This document shows, piece after piece, positions 40,611 to 53,990 of a stretch of 64,000 nt of DNA. The stretch lies in the NCBI GenBank assembly GCA_010909165.1, contig VJWM01000218.1, forward strand, positions 253,994 to 317,993. Direction: 5' to 3'. The stretch's first letter is position 1, and every line of letters starts with the position of its first letter. Under the pieces are notes generated by a model. That model searched no databases. It worked only from the letters and a program-made list of their open reading frames with translations, and was not told the origin of the DNA. The position numbers and the translations under genes are program-made. Source of the DNA: Anthoceros angustus. Taxonomy: Eukaryota; Plantae; Anthocerotophyta.

Positions 40611-42785
40611 CCAGAGGGCAAACCAGATGCCTTCATGTGGTCTTCCATAATCTCTGCGCTAAGCATGGGAAACCTAATGAGGCCATACAACTGTACCATG
40701 AGATGCGTAGGTCAGGAGTGAAGGCGGATGCTCACGTCTTTGTAGCTGCCCTTCAAGCTTGTGCATTTGCAGCCGACTTGGAATCTGGCAGAAAAGTGCA
40801 CTGTGATGTGGTGCAGAGTGGCATTCCTACTAACTTGTTTGTTGGCAACTGCCTGGTGGACATGTATGCAAAATGTGGTGAACTGGAAGATGCACGCCAG
40901 GTTTTGACAGCATGGCCACAAAGGATGTGGTGACATGGACATGCTGATTGCATGCAAAATGTGGTGAACTGGAAGATGCACGCCAGGTTTTGACAGCATG
41001 GCCACAAAGGATGTGGTGACATGGAATGCCCTGATTGCTGGGTATGCACAGCAAGGACTCGGCCAAGAGGCGCTTGTTGTATGGACAAATGGAGGAGGCG
41101 GGCCTCATTTTGGCTGACCATGTTACTTTTGCTTGCCTTCTGAAGGCCTGTGGAAGCACTGGTGCCTTACAGAAGGCAGGCAGCTGCACTCACAGATCGA
41201 AAGAGGACTGCTGGATGTTGTGGCAACTGCCTGGTGGACATGTATGCAAAATGTGGTGAACTGGAAGATGCACGCCAGGTTTTTGACAGCATGGCCACAA
41301 AGATGTGGTGACATGGAATGCCCTGATTGCTGGGTATGCACAGCAAGGACTTGGCCAAGAGGCGCTTGTTGTATGGACAAATGGAGGAGGGGCCTCATTT
41401 TGGCTGACCATGTTACTTTTGCTTGCCTTCTGAAGGCCTGTGCAAGCACTGGTGCCTTACAGAAGGCAGGCAGCTGCACTCACAGATTGAAAGAGGACTG
41501 CTGGACGTAGTGGTCAACTGCCTGGTGGACATGTATGCAAAATGTGGTGAACTGGAAGATGCACGCCAGGTTTTTGACAGCATGGCCACAAAGGATGTGG
41601 TGACATGGAATGCCCTGATTGCTGGGTATGCACAGGGACTCAGCCAAGAGGCGCTTGTTGTGTATGGACAAATGGAGGAGGGGCCTCATTTTGGCTGACC
41701 ATGTTACTTTTGCCTTCTGAAGGCCTGTGAAGCACTGGTGCCTTACAGAAGGCAGGCAGCTGCACTCACAGGTTGTGGAAAGAGGACTGCTGGATTACGT
41801 GGTGTTGGGCACCTGCTTGGTGGACATGTATGCAAAATGTGGTGAACTGAATGTTGCACGCCAGGTTTTTGACAGTATGGCTAATAAAGATGTGGTGACT
41901 TGGAATGCCCTGATTGCTGGGTATGGTACTTGTGATGAAGGTCACAAGGCACTAGCTTGTTTTGAGGAGATGTTAGGATTCGGGATTCAGCCTAATGATA
42001 CAACTTTTACTTGCCTTTTAGTAGCATGCAGTCATGAGGACTGGTCCAGGAGGGCCGCAAGCACTTTGATTCCATGGCTGAACAGCATGGCATCAAACCT
42101 ACTTGAGCATTATAATTGCATGATTGATCTTCTTGGGCGTGGGCCATTTAGATGAGGCAGAGAAGATGCTATTATCATGTGAGGGCCAAAGTAATGTTGT
42201 GGGATTGACGTCTTTGTTGAATGCCTGCAAAAGTCACGGGGATATAGAGAGCAATGTGGTGTTTTGAAAGCATTGTTAGGCTGGACCCTCAGGAGGCGCC
42301 TGCCTATGTGCTCATGGCCAATGCCTATGCAGATGCAGGTAGGTGGACCGATGTAGACAGGATTGAACACAGAGAAGGGCAGCAGGAGCTAACAAGAAAC
42401 CTGCAGTGGCGACCATTGAGGTGAATAAGCAGGTACATAGATTTCTGGTGGGAGAAAGGAGAGGATATTGCTTAAGGTAGAGAGCACGAATGCACGTCTG
42501 AAGCAGGAAGGAGGCCACGTACCACACAAAGTTGGTGTTGAAGCCACTGTGTGAGGAAAAGGAAGATGCGCTTTGTGGGCATGCTGAGAAGCTAGCTCTG
42601 GCGTTTGGTCTCTTGAACACTGAGTGGGACACCTCTGGTGGTAACGAAGAATCTACGCATGTGCAGTGACTGCCACAGTTCCACGGAGATCATGTCAAGG
42701 CTTGAACAGAGACATTGTTGTAAGGGATGGGTACCGTGTGCATCGATTCGCAGCTGGTTGTTGCAGTTGTAAGGGTCGACCGTGA
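40600..42785 (+). CDS. PLS-class PPR-E-DYW protein, DYW:KP / GRP type (5' end displaced; many indels)
   Basis: Near-identical ~300-bp S-P-L triplets, an E domain, KKPAVATIEVNKQVHRF, CGHAEKLALAFGL, KNLRMCSDCH, and the end GCCSCKGRP*. Confidence 0.9.
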
Positions 42786-43199
42786 GAAGAATGAAAAAGG
42801 AGCCAGTGCTCAAGTGTGGACGTCCATCCATGGATTTCACTTGTTCGTGTAGGGATGGGCATTCGAAAACTATGAAACTAGGTCTACCAACTATGCAACG
42901 AGTGCCATTATCTGTGAAAGTATGTACATATTTCCACTGACTATGAGTTGCGTTTCGTAGTTTCAGTGTTGCCAGGATCTTAAAAACATTCACCGTTTTG
43001 AGCTGTTTGATCTGGTCCAGGCCTCAAGAAGGAGTACGCCGTAGCTGAAACTGGCTGACCAATGTGAGGCTGAGATGGCCGGTGCTTCGATTTCAGTAGA
43101 CTGTCGCTGGCTACATTTCAGAGGAGATGCACAATGAAAAGACAAGGAGCTACTGTATGCAATATTGCAATGTTTGACTTGATGTTAAGTTGAACTCTC

Positions 43200-46100
43200 T
43201 AAGCAGGAGGAGCATTTTTGTCTGGACACACACACAGGACATGTTGCAGCTGCGTGTTTCGGGAACACGATTCATGTCTAGCTAGCGTGTCTGGCGCGGC
43301 GTGTACGGTTTTGAGAGATTTTTTTGGATCATGCCCTGATTACAAAGCTCCGAGGTCTTACTGTCGGTATGCAGGTACTCTGATTCATCCAGCAAGTACG
43401 ACATGGCGTTGGATACGGATCATCAATTTGTTCCATCTGCCGAGCGAGAAGATACGAGCGCCTTCTTGAACACATCTGTGTCATTTCCAATGTGAAAATA
43501 TTCACTGCCATGGTGGGACAGGAACGTTTGTCGATCTGGAGCCGAGACCCGATTGGTGCCAGGTTGCCTGAGGTCCGTGGTGAGGCTGTTGTGGCAAGTG
43601 TGGGGTTTGAGATGGTTTTATGTTGGAAGTTGAGGTTGGAAGGATGTTCGGTTTCGCAGGTGATGGATGACTCGTGAAGCGATCGCAACTGGTGGCGGGT
43701 GACGATGACTTGCTTCAGCTCTTCAGACTGCGGTGAAGATGGCGAATTTCGGTTTTCTGGGGTATCTGGCGGGTGAAGACGACCGCTTCAGCTCTTCGCT
43801 TCAGACCGTCGTGAGGATGGCGAGTTTCGGATTCTGTTGGATAGAACAAGTGCCAAACGAGTAGGTCATTTGAAGAAACACCAGAAGACTAGGTACTGTA
43901 TGGAACAGAAACGATTGAAGGGGAATATATTGTATAAAATAGCTACTTACGTGAAAATAACTTAAGACTTAGAGTTAAACCATCCAACTGGAGCACTTTC
44001 ATTCTCTGGTGACGCGCGGTTCTCGGCAACTGACGAGGCCACGCGGCCCGCATTGGAGGAGCGGAGGGCCCTCTCTTGGGCAGCCGCGTATCGTCTTCAA
44101 ATGGATCTACATTTTTTGTGTGTTCTTTCTTCTTCTCCAGCCACGTGGGTTCAGCATGGCCCAAGGAGGGTGGCGCGACGAGAAACGTGTGCAGGCGCAA
44201 ATAATGCAGCTGGGACGTCGCTGGGTGCGGTGCAGCAGGTCCACAGAGCAAATCATGCAGCAGAGGTGTAAGTAACGCCAGCGCCGAGAACCTTTTCCCG
44301 GAGGATCACTTGACATGACGATCCCGGATCGGGTGACCTTTCGGGAGAGCGAGGCCAGCAAGGTTGCTATTGGTCAGATCAATGTCGGGAATGTTGGTTG
44401 ATATTCAATCTTATCATGGAGATGGCCCAGCCTTCTCCGGCATTCATCCTCCTCTTCACTCTTGCATTCAGGTTCTGTTGGAAAAGCAACAGCATGAAAG
44501 ATGATGCCATTGTCAGCTAAGAAACGGCAATTTGAATGCGAAGCCGTGGCAGAGTCTTGCTTGAATTAGAGGTGTGCTATGCTCTATGATTTGGCAAATT
44601 GCGCACCGAGCAACCTAGGAGGCCGACTGTAAAATGGCCCTTTGCTGGAAGTTGAAGTTCCTCACTCAGCTGTAGCTTCTCGTTGCTCTGACCATTTTGG
44701 TGTCTGCGGTTCCCTACGACAGAAGCCACGGCTGCTTTCATCGCGTATCAGCGCTGTGTGTTTGCTATTTGGTTGTCGGCTGTTGTGAGCATAGCTAGAC
44801 AGTGTTGAGGGATTGCAGTCTTTAATTTGCTCGGGGACGCTCTTTGAAGAGCCTTTCCCTGCACTTTTTCCCTAGAGTGGAGTTTGTCATCAAGTTTCCA
44901 CAATGACGATCCAGGCGCTCGGCAGGGACAGCGATGTTATCCAGGTTGCCAAATCCAGCATGTCGGGAGGCAACGGGGAGGACAGCTACGCGAAGAACTC
45001 GCAGCTGCAAGCACACGTTTTCAACTTCTGTGAAAGCGTGCTGTACACCGCCTTGAGGGAGATGCGGGATGTACCTGCTCCTGCGCCCGGCGTGCCAGCT
45101 CGATTCTATGACTACTATCTTCCTGTTCATCAATTTGCTCGGCTGACAAGATGCCACTAATCATGGGCTGCTTGATACGAACAGCAGAGGTGGACTTTGC
45201 CACCATGTTGTCCACTACCATCAAAACAGCTTGGAGATGACATCCTACCACCACCATGGATTTCAGAAACTTCATCCCCTCACGACCATCTCCTGAGAAA
45301 ACACCCATTCTCGTGTATTCCTCTAGAGCATTGAACCCCTGCCTTGAAGTGACTCGTTTTGGACAATCATCATCGAAAAGGATTTGCAACAGCTTAGGAT
45401 CTCATCAAGCGAAGTGCTGAAGGCAGGGTTGCTGGGGTTCTCATGATAGCTCAGACACATCTGCACGTCTTCGAAAGCCTGAATCCAGAGAAGCATCACA
45501 GAATATAATGAGGATTCCGCAGTGATGCACCTTTTCTTGCCATCATGTGCTCATGCTCCACTGCATCTTTTAAAGACATGGTTATACTTCCGAGCAACAG
45601 GGTCTGCAAAACATCTCTCAAATGATCTGTTGCCAGATAGCCGAGGTACATCCTACATGAGCTGTAGGAATCATCCAAAGAGCTGATGGAGCGTCTTCTG
45701 TTCTCAGCAGCATCTGAAGGAACACTGCCAAGCAATTTCTTGATCAGTATCAAGTATATTGCCTCAGATGTCGGGAACTCCTCCTCCACTGCTTCTCTTA
45801 TGAACCACATAAGGGTGAATACGTTTCACAAAGTCAGAAAATCTGCGAACGTTTGACTCATTCACATGGCTCCATATCTCACTTGTGGCAAGAGTGGTGT
45901 TAAGGTCATCAATGCCCACAAGACTCTTGAAATCCAGATCCTCCACCTCAGCATCCATCGCTAAACACTCATCCGCCAGCGCTCTGAAGAACTCACTCTG
46001 AAAGTCCATAGTATCTTGCCAGCCTAAACCGGGCATTGGATGACCTAACTCCTCCTTACTTTTCACCTCTAAGCACAAGTCACAAACAACCTCATAAAAG

Positions 46101-49100
46101 CATGCCAGACGGCGTTTTTTCACACCATCTAGCTGAGGGTAAACATCTGCAATTAAGCTCTGCAAAATCTCCGCAGGATTAAGCCTCAGCTCATTCCAGA
46201 GCGTGGAAACTTCACTCCGTATTTCCTCCTCCGTTACCATGTCAGACAGGAGAATAGAACACACGTGCTGCTGAAGCACCTGCAAGAAGTACAAAGTGCT
46301 TAGAAAACAACCTAGGTCCACAGAAGGCAAGCTAAAATTGCAATGAAAAAATAAACATTATACCAGGAACCTGCTGGCACCATGAAACTCTGCCAGTTCC
46401 AAGACCGCTGACAGAAGACTTAGCTGACGACCAGGCAATGACTCCACCATCCTCAAGACGGTACTCTGAATGTATGCCTTCTTGCCAGCTAAAAACCACT
46501 TCAACTCAGCATCTGGGACAATCTGCTTTATAGTCTCTGGATATTTGAGCAAGTCTCTCTTTCCTTCAATCCCCCGTTGCCACTCTTTCCAAAGACCAGA
46601 TTCAGAAGCTTCTTCACCTGCCAGAACGAACCAATTGCATATGCATCATGCAAGTGGACAACTTACAACATCTTGATGCAGCAGAGATAGACATACCAAA
46701 AACACAGCATATTAATCACGAGCTCTGGTGGTCAGGGTCAGCAAGCAATAAAGAAAACTACCTAAATGCATCTATTTCTGTGCATTGCATACTAGCAATA
46801 AGGACATGGCGCATTGTTCATACCCTTCATCCCAGAAGCATCTTGCAGTTGACAGAAAACCAATGCAGTGTTCATCAGCTGGACAATATCCTTGTAGTCA
46901 GGCCTATTTTCCCACTCCTGCTCAAAAATGCGCATCGCAAGAACTGGATCCGACAAATTCAGAAGGTATCCGCATGAGACAACGTCCCCAACTCTACTAA
47001 CAGGTGAACTCAATGCTTTTTGGGCTAACTTTAAAAACAACTTATCATCTGGGCTGATAACGCTGTCCTCTGAAATTTGCACGTGGGGAGATGCCTGCTG
47101 GAAATCCGAGTTGGAAACTCGCTTTGCATGCATGTAGGTGGCTCGAGTCACTTCACCCCACTTGCCTTCTCCAATGTCTTCCAAGTTGGCATCCCCAGCC
47201 CCTGTCCAAACCCATTTCTACCAGCCAGGGCAGCTCCAAGCAGGAGAACCCAATGATCTTTTTCCGTGCAACCACCTCCGAACTATACAGGCTACCAATC
47301 TGCGTTACTTTTGTGACCTTAGAAAGATACTCCCTTCCCCTCCTCCAGAATGCCAATGAGCTGCTAGATCCAGAGGCGGGAACCAATCCCTTGACCTCAC
47401 CTTCAGAGGTCTCGCCTGGTTCACTGTTTAGCTCTGGCAAGGCACCATTGACCACAGCTGGAGCTGCAGGTCGTGGTGAATCAGATGGAGGAGACACTGG
47501 CCCTTCTTGTTCAGTTGGAATTGCTAAACGGCCGGTGTCATCCTCCAACTGCTGCAGATTGATGCTTGATTTTACTTCTGATAACAAACTTGCAATGTCC
47601 TCCTTCTGCACTAAATCGCAGTGGAGGAGAGCAAATTCAAGAAGCTCCTTTCGAGTGTCCAAGTCCAGCTGAGGATGTCGACCTAATGCAGCACAAACTT
47701 CCTGAACTGGAATGTATCCCTTCCTGGCCACCTCAAGGCACAGTTCTCGAGCAAGCTCAATATCACCTGCGTCCAGAGCCCTCCGTGCAATTTCAACCTC
47801 AACCTCCGCAATATCTTCAAATGTGGTTAAGCCCAGAAGCTTTGTAACCTTGATGAGCTCTTGCACGTTCAAATATGAATTAGGGTGGGCTGATATTGCT
47901 CGTCTGACAGCTTCCATTCATTTGACATTTGCCTAGACTCCATTGGTAACAGCGTGACACCCAGATTTGGAAGTCTGAATGAGATAGCCTCGTAGAGATC
48001 CGCCACTGCATTTGCACACTCACTCTCAAGTAGAAGCGCAAGGCACTGCTTGGCAAGGCCAACCTGAAGAGACAATTCATAAGTTTGATCAAACATTGCT
48101 CACTAAAATGTACAACCAGGAACAGATCCATTCAAGGAGGGTTCATGACTGAAAGGATGACCAGTCACTTCCCAAGTAAGAGCACAAACCTCTACAGAGT
48201 CCAGGCTTGATGCAGAGTAAAGAATTCTCGGGCATACAGCACTATCTTCTCCACTTGTTCCATTAGGAGGAAAGCATTTCCATTACCCTTCAGATAACTC
48301 TTAGCAAGAGAAAGCTTGCCGGCCTTCAAAAGCCCTCGGCAGAATTCTGCCAGTAAAGAATCTCTCTCCAAGAAATTTGCTTCCTCATGGAGACCACGTA
48401 AGTCATGACAAGAACCTGCCCAGTCACCATCGGATCTGGCGGGTTGCCGACGTGTAAACCTTGCAAGCAAGGTGCGCAGACGCTGCTTCCTAGCATTCAG
48501 ATCATCCTGAGAGGCTAGCAGGGAAATCATGGAGACGTGTACCTGTCAAGCGGAAACAACTAAGCAATTGCAAAGACAAAACACTTTCTGTAACAAGGGT
48601 GCTGAAAGTGAATATCCCACACACCTGATAGCTTGAGAGGAAGCTTTCCAACTTCAACGTATGCCTCTGCTTGCTTGAGCCTTTCATTAAGTAAGAACCT
48701 CATTTATCACTTGATTCCTGCCCTCGTCTTTGCTGTCTTCCAAAGCAGTGTCCACAAGAGGCAACATTGTTATCCCCCTCTTCACACCTGCGTGTCCGAA
48801 AACACTTGCAAAACCACCCCTCAAACCCTTCTGTGTTTAAGCATATCTTATCTAAAGTCTCCTTTACAATCCACTTCAGGTCTTTGATGCTTGGAAACAA
48901 ACGTTGCACAGCTTCTTTCCCAAAATCTGACCGCTTCCACTGAGCCTTGTATACCTCATCTGTATCCAGGGCGTGCTTCTCTGCCATTTTCAGTGCAAGG
49001 TCATACCTCCCTTGTTCAACATGAATGAGGAACATTTCTTGCACAGATCGCTCAACCATTGACCTGAGTCTCCACCCACACTTCCCGATGGAAGAGTCAA

Positions 49101-50565
49101 ATTCAGGAAACCTCAACTTGGTCAATGACAACCACTCGAACAAAATTGTAAATCGAGAGGAAACACCCTGGTGTCCCTGGCTACTTCAGCTAGCTCCTCA
49201 AGGAAAACACACGGCCCATCAACACCTGGGTAAGCCGGATGGAGGACAGTGAAGTGGGTGGGACATCAGCCCATATTCTCCTAAAAGATGGAACTTCAAG
49301 CAAATCTAGAATCCCATGTCGTCTACTTGCAACGAGCAGAGCATTCCCAGACCACCACCCAAAAATCCTCCACACCATGATGGAATACATTCCTTTCCTT
49401 CGCTTCCTGCAGCTCAGACATTGCTCTCGTCCTCAGATGTTTCAGCAATGGCCAGACCTTCAACCACCCAATCTTCCATCTTCATCAGAGCCATTAAGTG
49501 CAAGCTGCCATCAGGATTTAGTACTGCAAGATACTGGAAGCTGGGTGATATGCCGACTTTTGGCACAGCAAGGGTTCCTGGTGATGACCATAGCCTGGGC
49601 CATGCTGGCCAGTGAAAAAGCCTCTGCGGAGTTGTACTGCAGAAAAAAACCTCTAATGAAGCGGGAGAACCAGATAATCCCCAGAGAGAGAGAGTGAAAA
49701 TCTGCCTGCATTCAAAACCAATTAACCTATGAGAAACATATGCTAATAACAGATCCAAAAATCAAATTGACCAAATTGTGAGCTTACAGAGGATATCAGT
49801 AACTCCAACGCAAGACTTACATCCTTTCCTGGACCAATCACGGCCAGGGCAGACTGTTCAGGATGGAAACAAAGTGACCAAACTCCCCACGGATGCTGGC
49901 CTCTCACAGTCCATGTGCTGTCTGGTGCATGATGGGTTGGAAGAAGAGGAACAGATTCCTTGTTGACTTCATCGATAAGCGTGCCATCAGATGTCATGAC
50001 GACAACATCATACCTGAGTGGGGCAGCGAGGCTTTAGAAAATTCGCAGCTCCTGCTAACCATGACAGCGCCGAAGACTACATCTGAATGCAACAGCCCAG
50101 CAACCATCTCAGATGAATGCTGTATTCAACCAGCCATGCCATTCAAAGCGAGTTGCACGAGCTTCAGGTGCAATCCTGAAACAGCCCAGCTTACCTACAA
50201 CTTCTCATCCTTCCTAAGCTACACCCCAACAACAGCCAAACAACCAACCTTTTAACTCTTGAACCAGGGGTTCGTGCAATAAATAATCCCACAATCTGGG
50301 TTTCTCCATCAGGCACGATGACCCTGCTAATTTCCGTTGCCTTGGAATCCAAAAAGTAAATTAAATTGGCGCTGCTAGCGACCACAAGCGTATTCCATTC
50401 ATCAATCCATGCGCCATGAACAAACTCCTCAGTCTGGGAGGGAGCTGCCAAAAGTGACGTACAGTCAGCCCCACCCTGATGAACCAACTGACCATCAAAA
50501 TGACCAAACCTGTCAAGATGCGTACCACTGAAGACCCCAACCGGATGCTTGTAGTCATCGGTCTG
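43200..50565 (-). CDS. MIP2: MAG2-interacting protein 2 (NBAS/Sec39 homolog), multi-exon, heavily frameshifted as assembled; both ends approximate and the 5' end missing
   Basis: DDYKHPVGVF, LRSMVERSVQEM, HALDTDEVYKAQW, KLESFL, RFTRRQPARSDGDW, EFCRGLLKAGK, LPNLGVTLLPM, GFSCLELPWL. Confidence 0.8.
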
Positions 50566-50574
50566 ACTCAAAAT

Positions 50575-50780
50575 TGTTGGGTCTGGGGTGACCCGGGTTG
50601 GGTTTGTGTTTGTTGGGTCAGACCCAGAACAAGGGTGCAAATGCAAAGACAAACACATCACAGAATGTGTTTGTCTTTGCATTTGCACCCTTGTTACAGA
50701 ATGTGTTTGTCATGGGTTGTCTTTGCATTTGCATTTGGTCTTTGTGTTTGTTGGGTCTGGGGTGACCCGGGTTGCCGGTG
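50575..50780. repeat. Perfect ~31-bp-arm hairpin (about 50628-50696) bracketed by direct repeats of tgttgggtctggggtgacccgggttg
   Basis: aacaagggtgcaaatgcaaagacaaacacat is followed after a short loop by its reverse complement atgtgtttgtctttgcatttgcacccttgtt. Confidence 0.85.
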
Positions 50781-51959
50781 GCATACAGAGGTATATACAT
50801 ATTCATATGGCAGATTGAGAGGGTATGGACTACAGGTCATGCTCGCTCTGCACGAGGGAGTCAGCGGGCCCCGTACCTGGCCACCTGATTTTTACAGCTA
50901 GCCGTCGTCGTGGTGTGAGACCTTGAGAACAGTGTCCAGATTCAAATTAAGTTGAGGCGTGTGTGAGGAAATCTCACACGGTCAGGGAATGGCAATTTCA
51001 AACAGATTTGTAAAAGCTATTCAAGATTTGCATTTGAATGGTTTTAGATTAGTATGTACCTCGGAAACGAGATCCTGAAAGCCTTGTTGCAGCAGTTCTC
51101 CAGCTTCATTTAAGCCTTGAAACTCTTCCATGTTAAAATGATAGCATTAGCCCTTAGGGCACGCTTCATTATTTAAGTCATTAGAGCTCAAGCGCCACCT
51201 TGAATGGTCACCATTCAAAACGGTTACGCACAACACCGCTTGGGCAATGGCCAAGCCTACATTCGAACATTCTCTGTACTCTTATGCAATCTAATGTAAG
51301 ATCCGACGCATCGATTCTTCACATAGTATCGAGTGGGCCCCGCTCTACCTATCCGGCCACCCCATGACATCCATGCGTCTCCTCATCATGCACAGGAGCC
51401 ATAAGGCGCCAACGCCTCGAAAAGAGAGCAAGGGCAAGCAGAACATTTAGAAAATGTCGGATCACTTAGAGAGCAAAGGAATCTTAAAGAAGCGGGAGAA
51501 AACTTGTGGCATTACGGTGGGCGTTACGCGGTGTCCTGCTGCTAATTGGGGAAGAAATTCTCTTAAGAGGTCACATTGACCCAACAGACGATTGGTCTTA
51601 TCGCAGTTGAATTTTGTTTCACCAACCATGAAGAAACAATTCACTACAACCTGGACGTAATTGCCCCAATTTCCCATGAAGCTCAACAAGTCACATCTTG
51701 CCTAGGAAACCTAAGCCGCCAACATGGCCTCTACCAACTTCCATCCGCAAAGACATAGAAGACACCCACAATTAGTAATTGAAAAATTGATGTTGGACCA
51801 ACCACATGCCCACATAAAATCTCCCCAGCGAACGTCTGAGTCCTTATTACTATGCAAATAGAAATATCTACCCTACTCGAAACATAGTTTTGAGTCTAGA
51901 AACCGACACACACAAGATGTCAACCTCTCACCTCTCCTTGTCCAAGGAGGACAAGTTCG

Positions 51960-53990
51960 ATGGCCAACACAATTTCCATACGGAAATTCGGGATGACCAA
52001 CATCCTCAAAGCAAGCTACGGGGCTACGTCGGCGGGTAGGCAACCCCAGTCCCCATACCTTTCCCATGGCGGGAACCCAAGACAAAAGGCAGCGAGGACC
52101 ACAACCAACAAGCTAAAATGTTCTCATGCAAAGCATGAAGCAAAACCGCGGCTCGAGGGCGACCAGTGACAGACTGGACACGGTACATGAAATCTATAGC
52201 GACGACATTATGCATACAATACACACCATCAAGAGCTACCTCGGCCTCGCGCATGGCGGAGGGTGACCATGTGACCACCATGCAATGGTGTTTCGAGCCC
52301 GGATGAAGTTCCGTGCCCTTGGCTTCAACATCCCGAGGAGCTCCTAGCAATTCGCTATCAACACTACCGGAATCGTGGGTCGGTCGTGCAAAGCTTACGG
52401 GGCATTCAACCTCTAATCAACAAGGTACTCGCTTTACAGAGGAAGGCGGGAAGGTCTTCGCTCACGCCAGGAGAACCCTCCTCCAGTGCCTTCTTCACGG
52501 AAGAGGGAGGCAAGGTCGCGGGCGAGGCAATTTTCCGGAACAAACCGGCACCCCTAGAGGGCGGGCTCCTTTCCCAGCCGTGGCGGTAGGTACATACAAC
52601 CCTTCATGGAAGCCCTGCACTCGCAAAATCCCTAGACACACACGAGGAATGCTGGGAAAAGATTAGGCTCTTCTAACAACTACAATCAACATTCAGACGG
52701 TGGCCTTAACCATGCACACTCCAAGGCTTTCTTTACTCCGTTAGCCATGAAACACCACCTACTAGCACACCCTCGGCTCTTGTAGCTTCCTGCTTTTCAG
52801 CACAAGGAACATGCAGTACATAGATTAGAGCTTCGCGACATGACTCCCCACAAGGAATACTTCACAAGCCTCAACCTCTGGCACAATCCAACTTTGTTAG
52901 CCTTGGTGACAACTCCAAACACCACATAATAGGGTCGGATTCAGACCTAAGCGTCCAACCTAATTCAACCACAAAATTTGACGTCCTCTTAGTACGGACT
53001 CACCAAAATCTCTTTTCATGCGTAAGGTTGATCAGCCGGATGCTACGTTTGTTTGGAGATGGCCATTGCGTCATAGAAACCCCACAAAAGCGATCGATTG
53101 CCACAGGCGACCTTAAGAACGATGATTTGTACCACCTACGGGTTAGCCACCCCTCTTCACTCTCTGGCTGAGACAAAATCGACCTTTCTGCATGACTTGG
53201 GCACATGAAGCGTAGAATGCAGGATATGATTAAAACACAAGCCGCTCATGGTATTCCTCTTACCAATATCGAGGACTTGATGCTCTGCGCATGCTCCCTC
53301 GGAGTCACGCTCCCTTCCCTAAGGCATCCTACACACGAGCTACCAAGCGGCGGTTAGTGCATTCCGACCTATGCGGGCCTTTCAAAGCATCCCTATTTGG
53401 ATATACATATTTCATCTTTGTGTCAGCGACTTCACTCGATTCACCGTATATACATCCTCAAGAACAAGGCCCAAGCATTCCCATGCTTTAAAGAGTACAA
53501 GATATGGTCGGAGAAGCAAGCGGGTGACACCTTACTCACCTCGGATCGGGGCACGGTGGTGAATCTTGCTCCACCAATTTTCCACCTTACGCAAGGAACA
53601 CGATTCATCGACACACCCACACACCTCTCGGCGGAATGGGGTCGTGAGCGGATGAACCGAACTATACAAAATTGCGGGCTAGCCATGCTTATTCATGCAA
53701 AGCTCAAATCCCTCGGCGAGGCGCAATGCAACATCTTGTCTACATTGGTAATGCACAATTACCTCATCCCTCTCACAGGCACTCCATATGCACGGGCAGC
53801 AATAAGCCGGATTTATCCTCCTTGCGGTCTTTGCTCTGTATGCTCATGTTCCCAAGGTTATCGAGGACAAAACTCGACAACAAGGCACAAAAGCTTACAT
53901 TTATCGGCTTCACCAGGGATCAAAGGATACAAGCTAATCCACCCTCAACGCACAAGGTGACCCATTCTCGCGGCGTCACATTTCTTGAGG
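51960..53990 (+). mobile_element. Truncated Ty1/copia retrotransposon (gag-protease-integrase; no RT seen)
   Basis: A protease-like ...ASRHDxPHKEYF at about 52820, integrase LVHSDLCGPFK, YILKNKAQAFPCFKEYK, SDRG, ERMNRTI, and KLDNKAQKLTFIGF...KGYKL. Confidence 0.85.

Noticed and set aside
44903-45160. Plus-strand ORFs (also 39919-40173)
   Set aside because: Antisense to MIP2 coding sequence.
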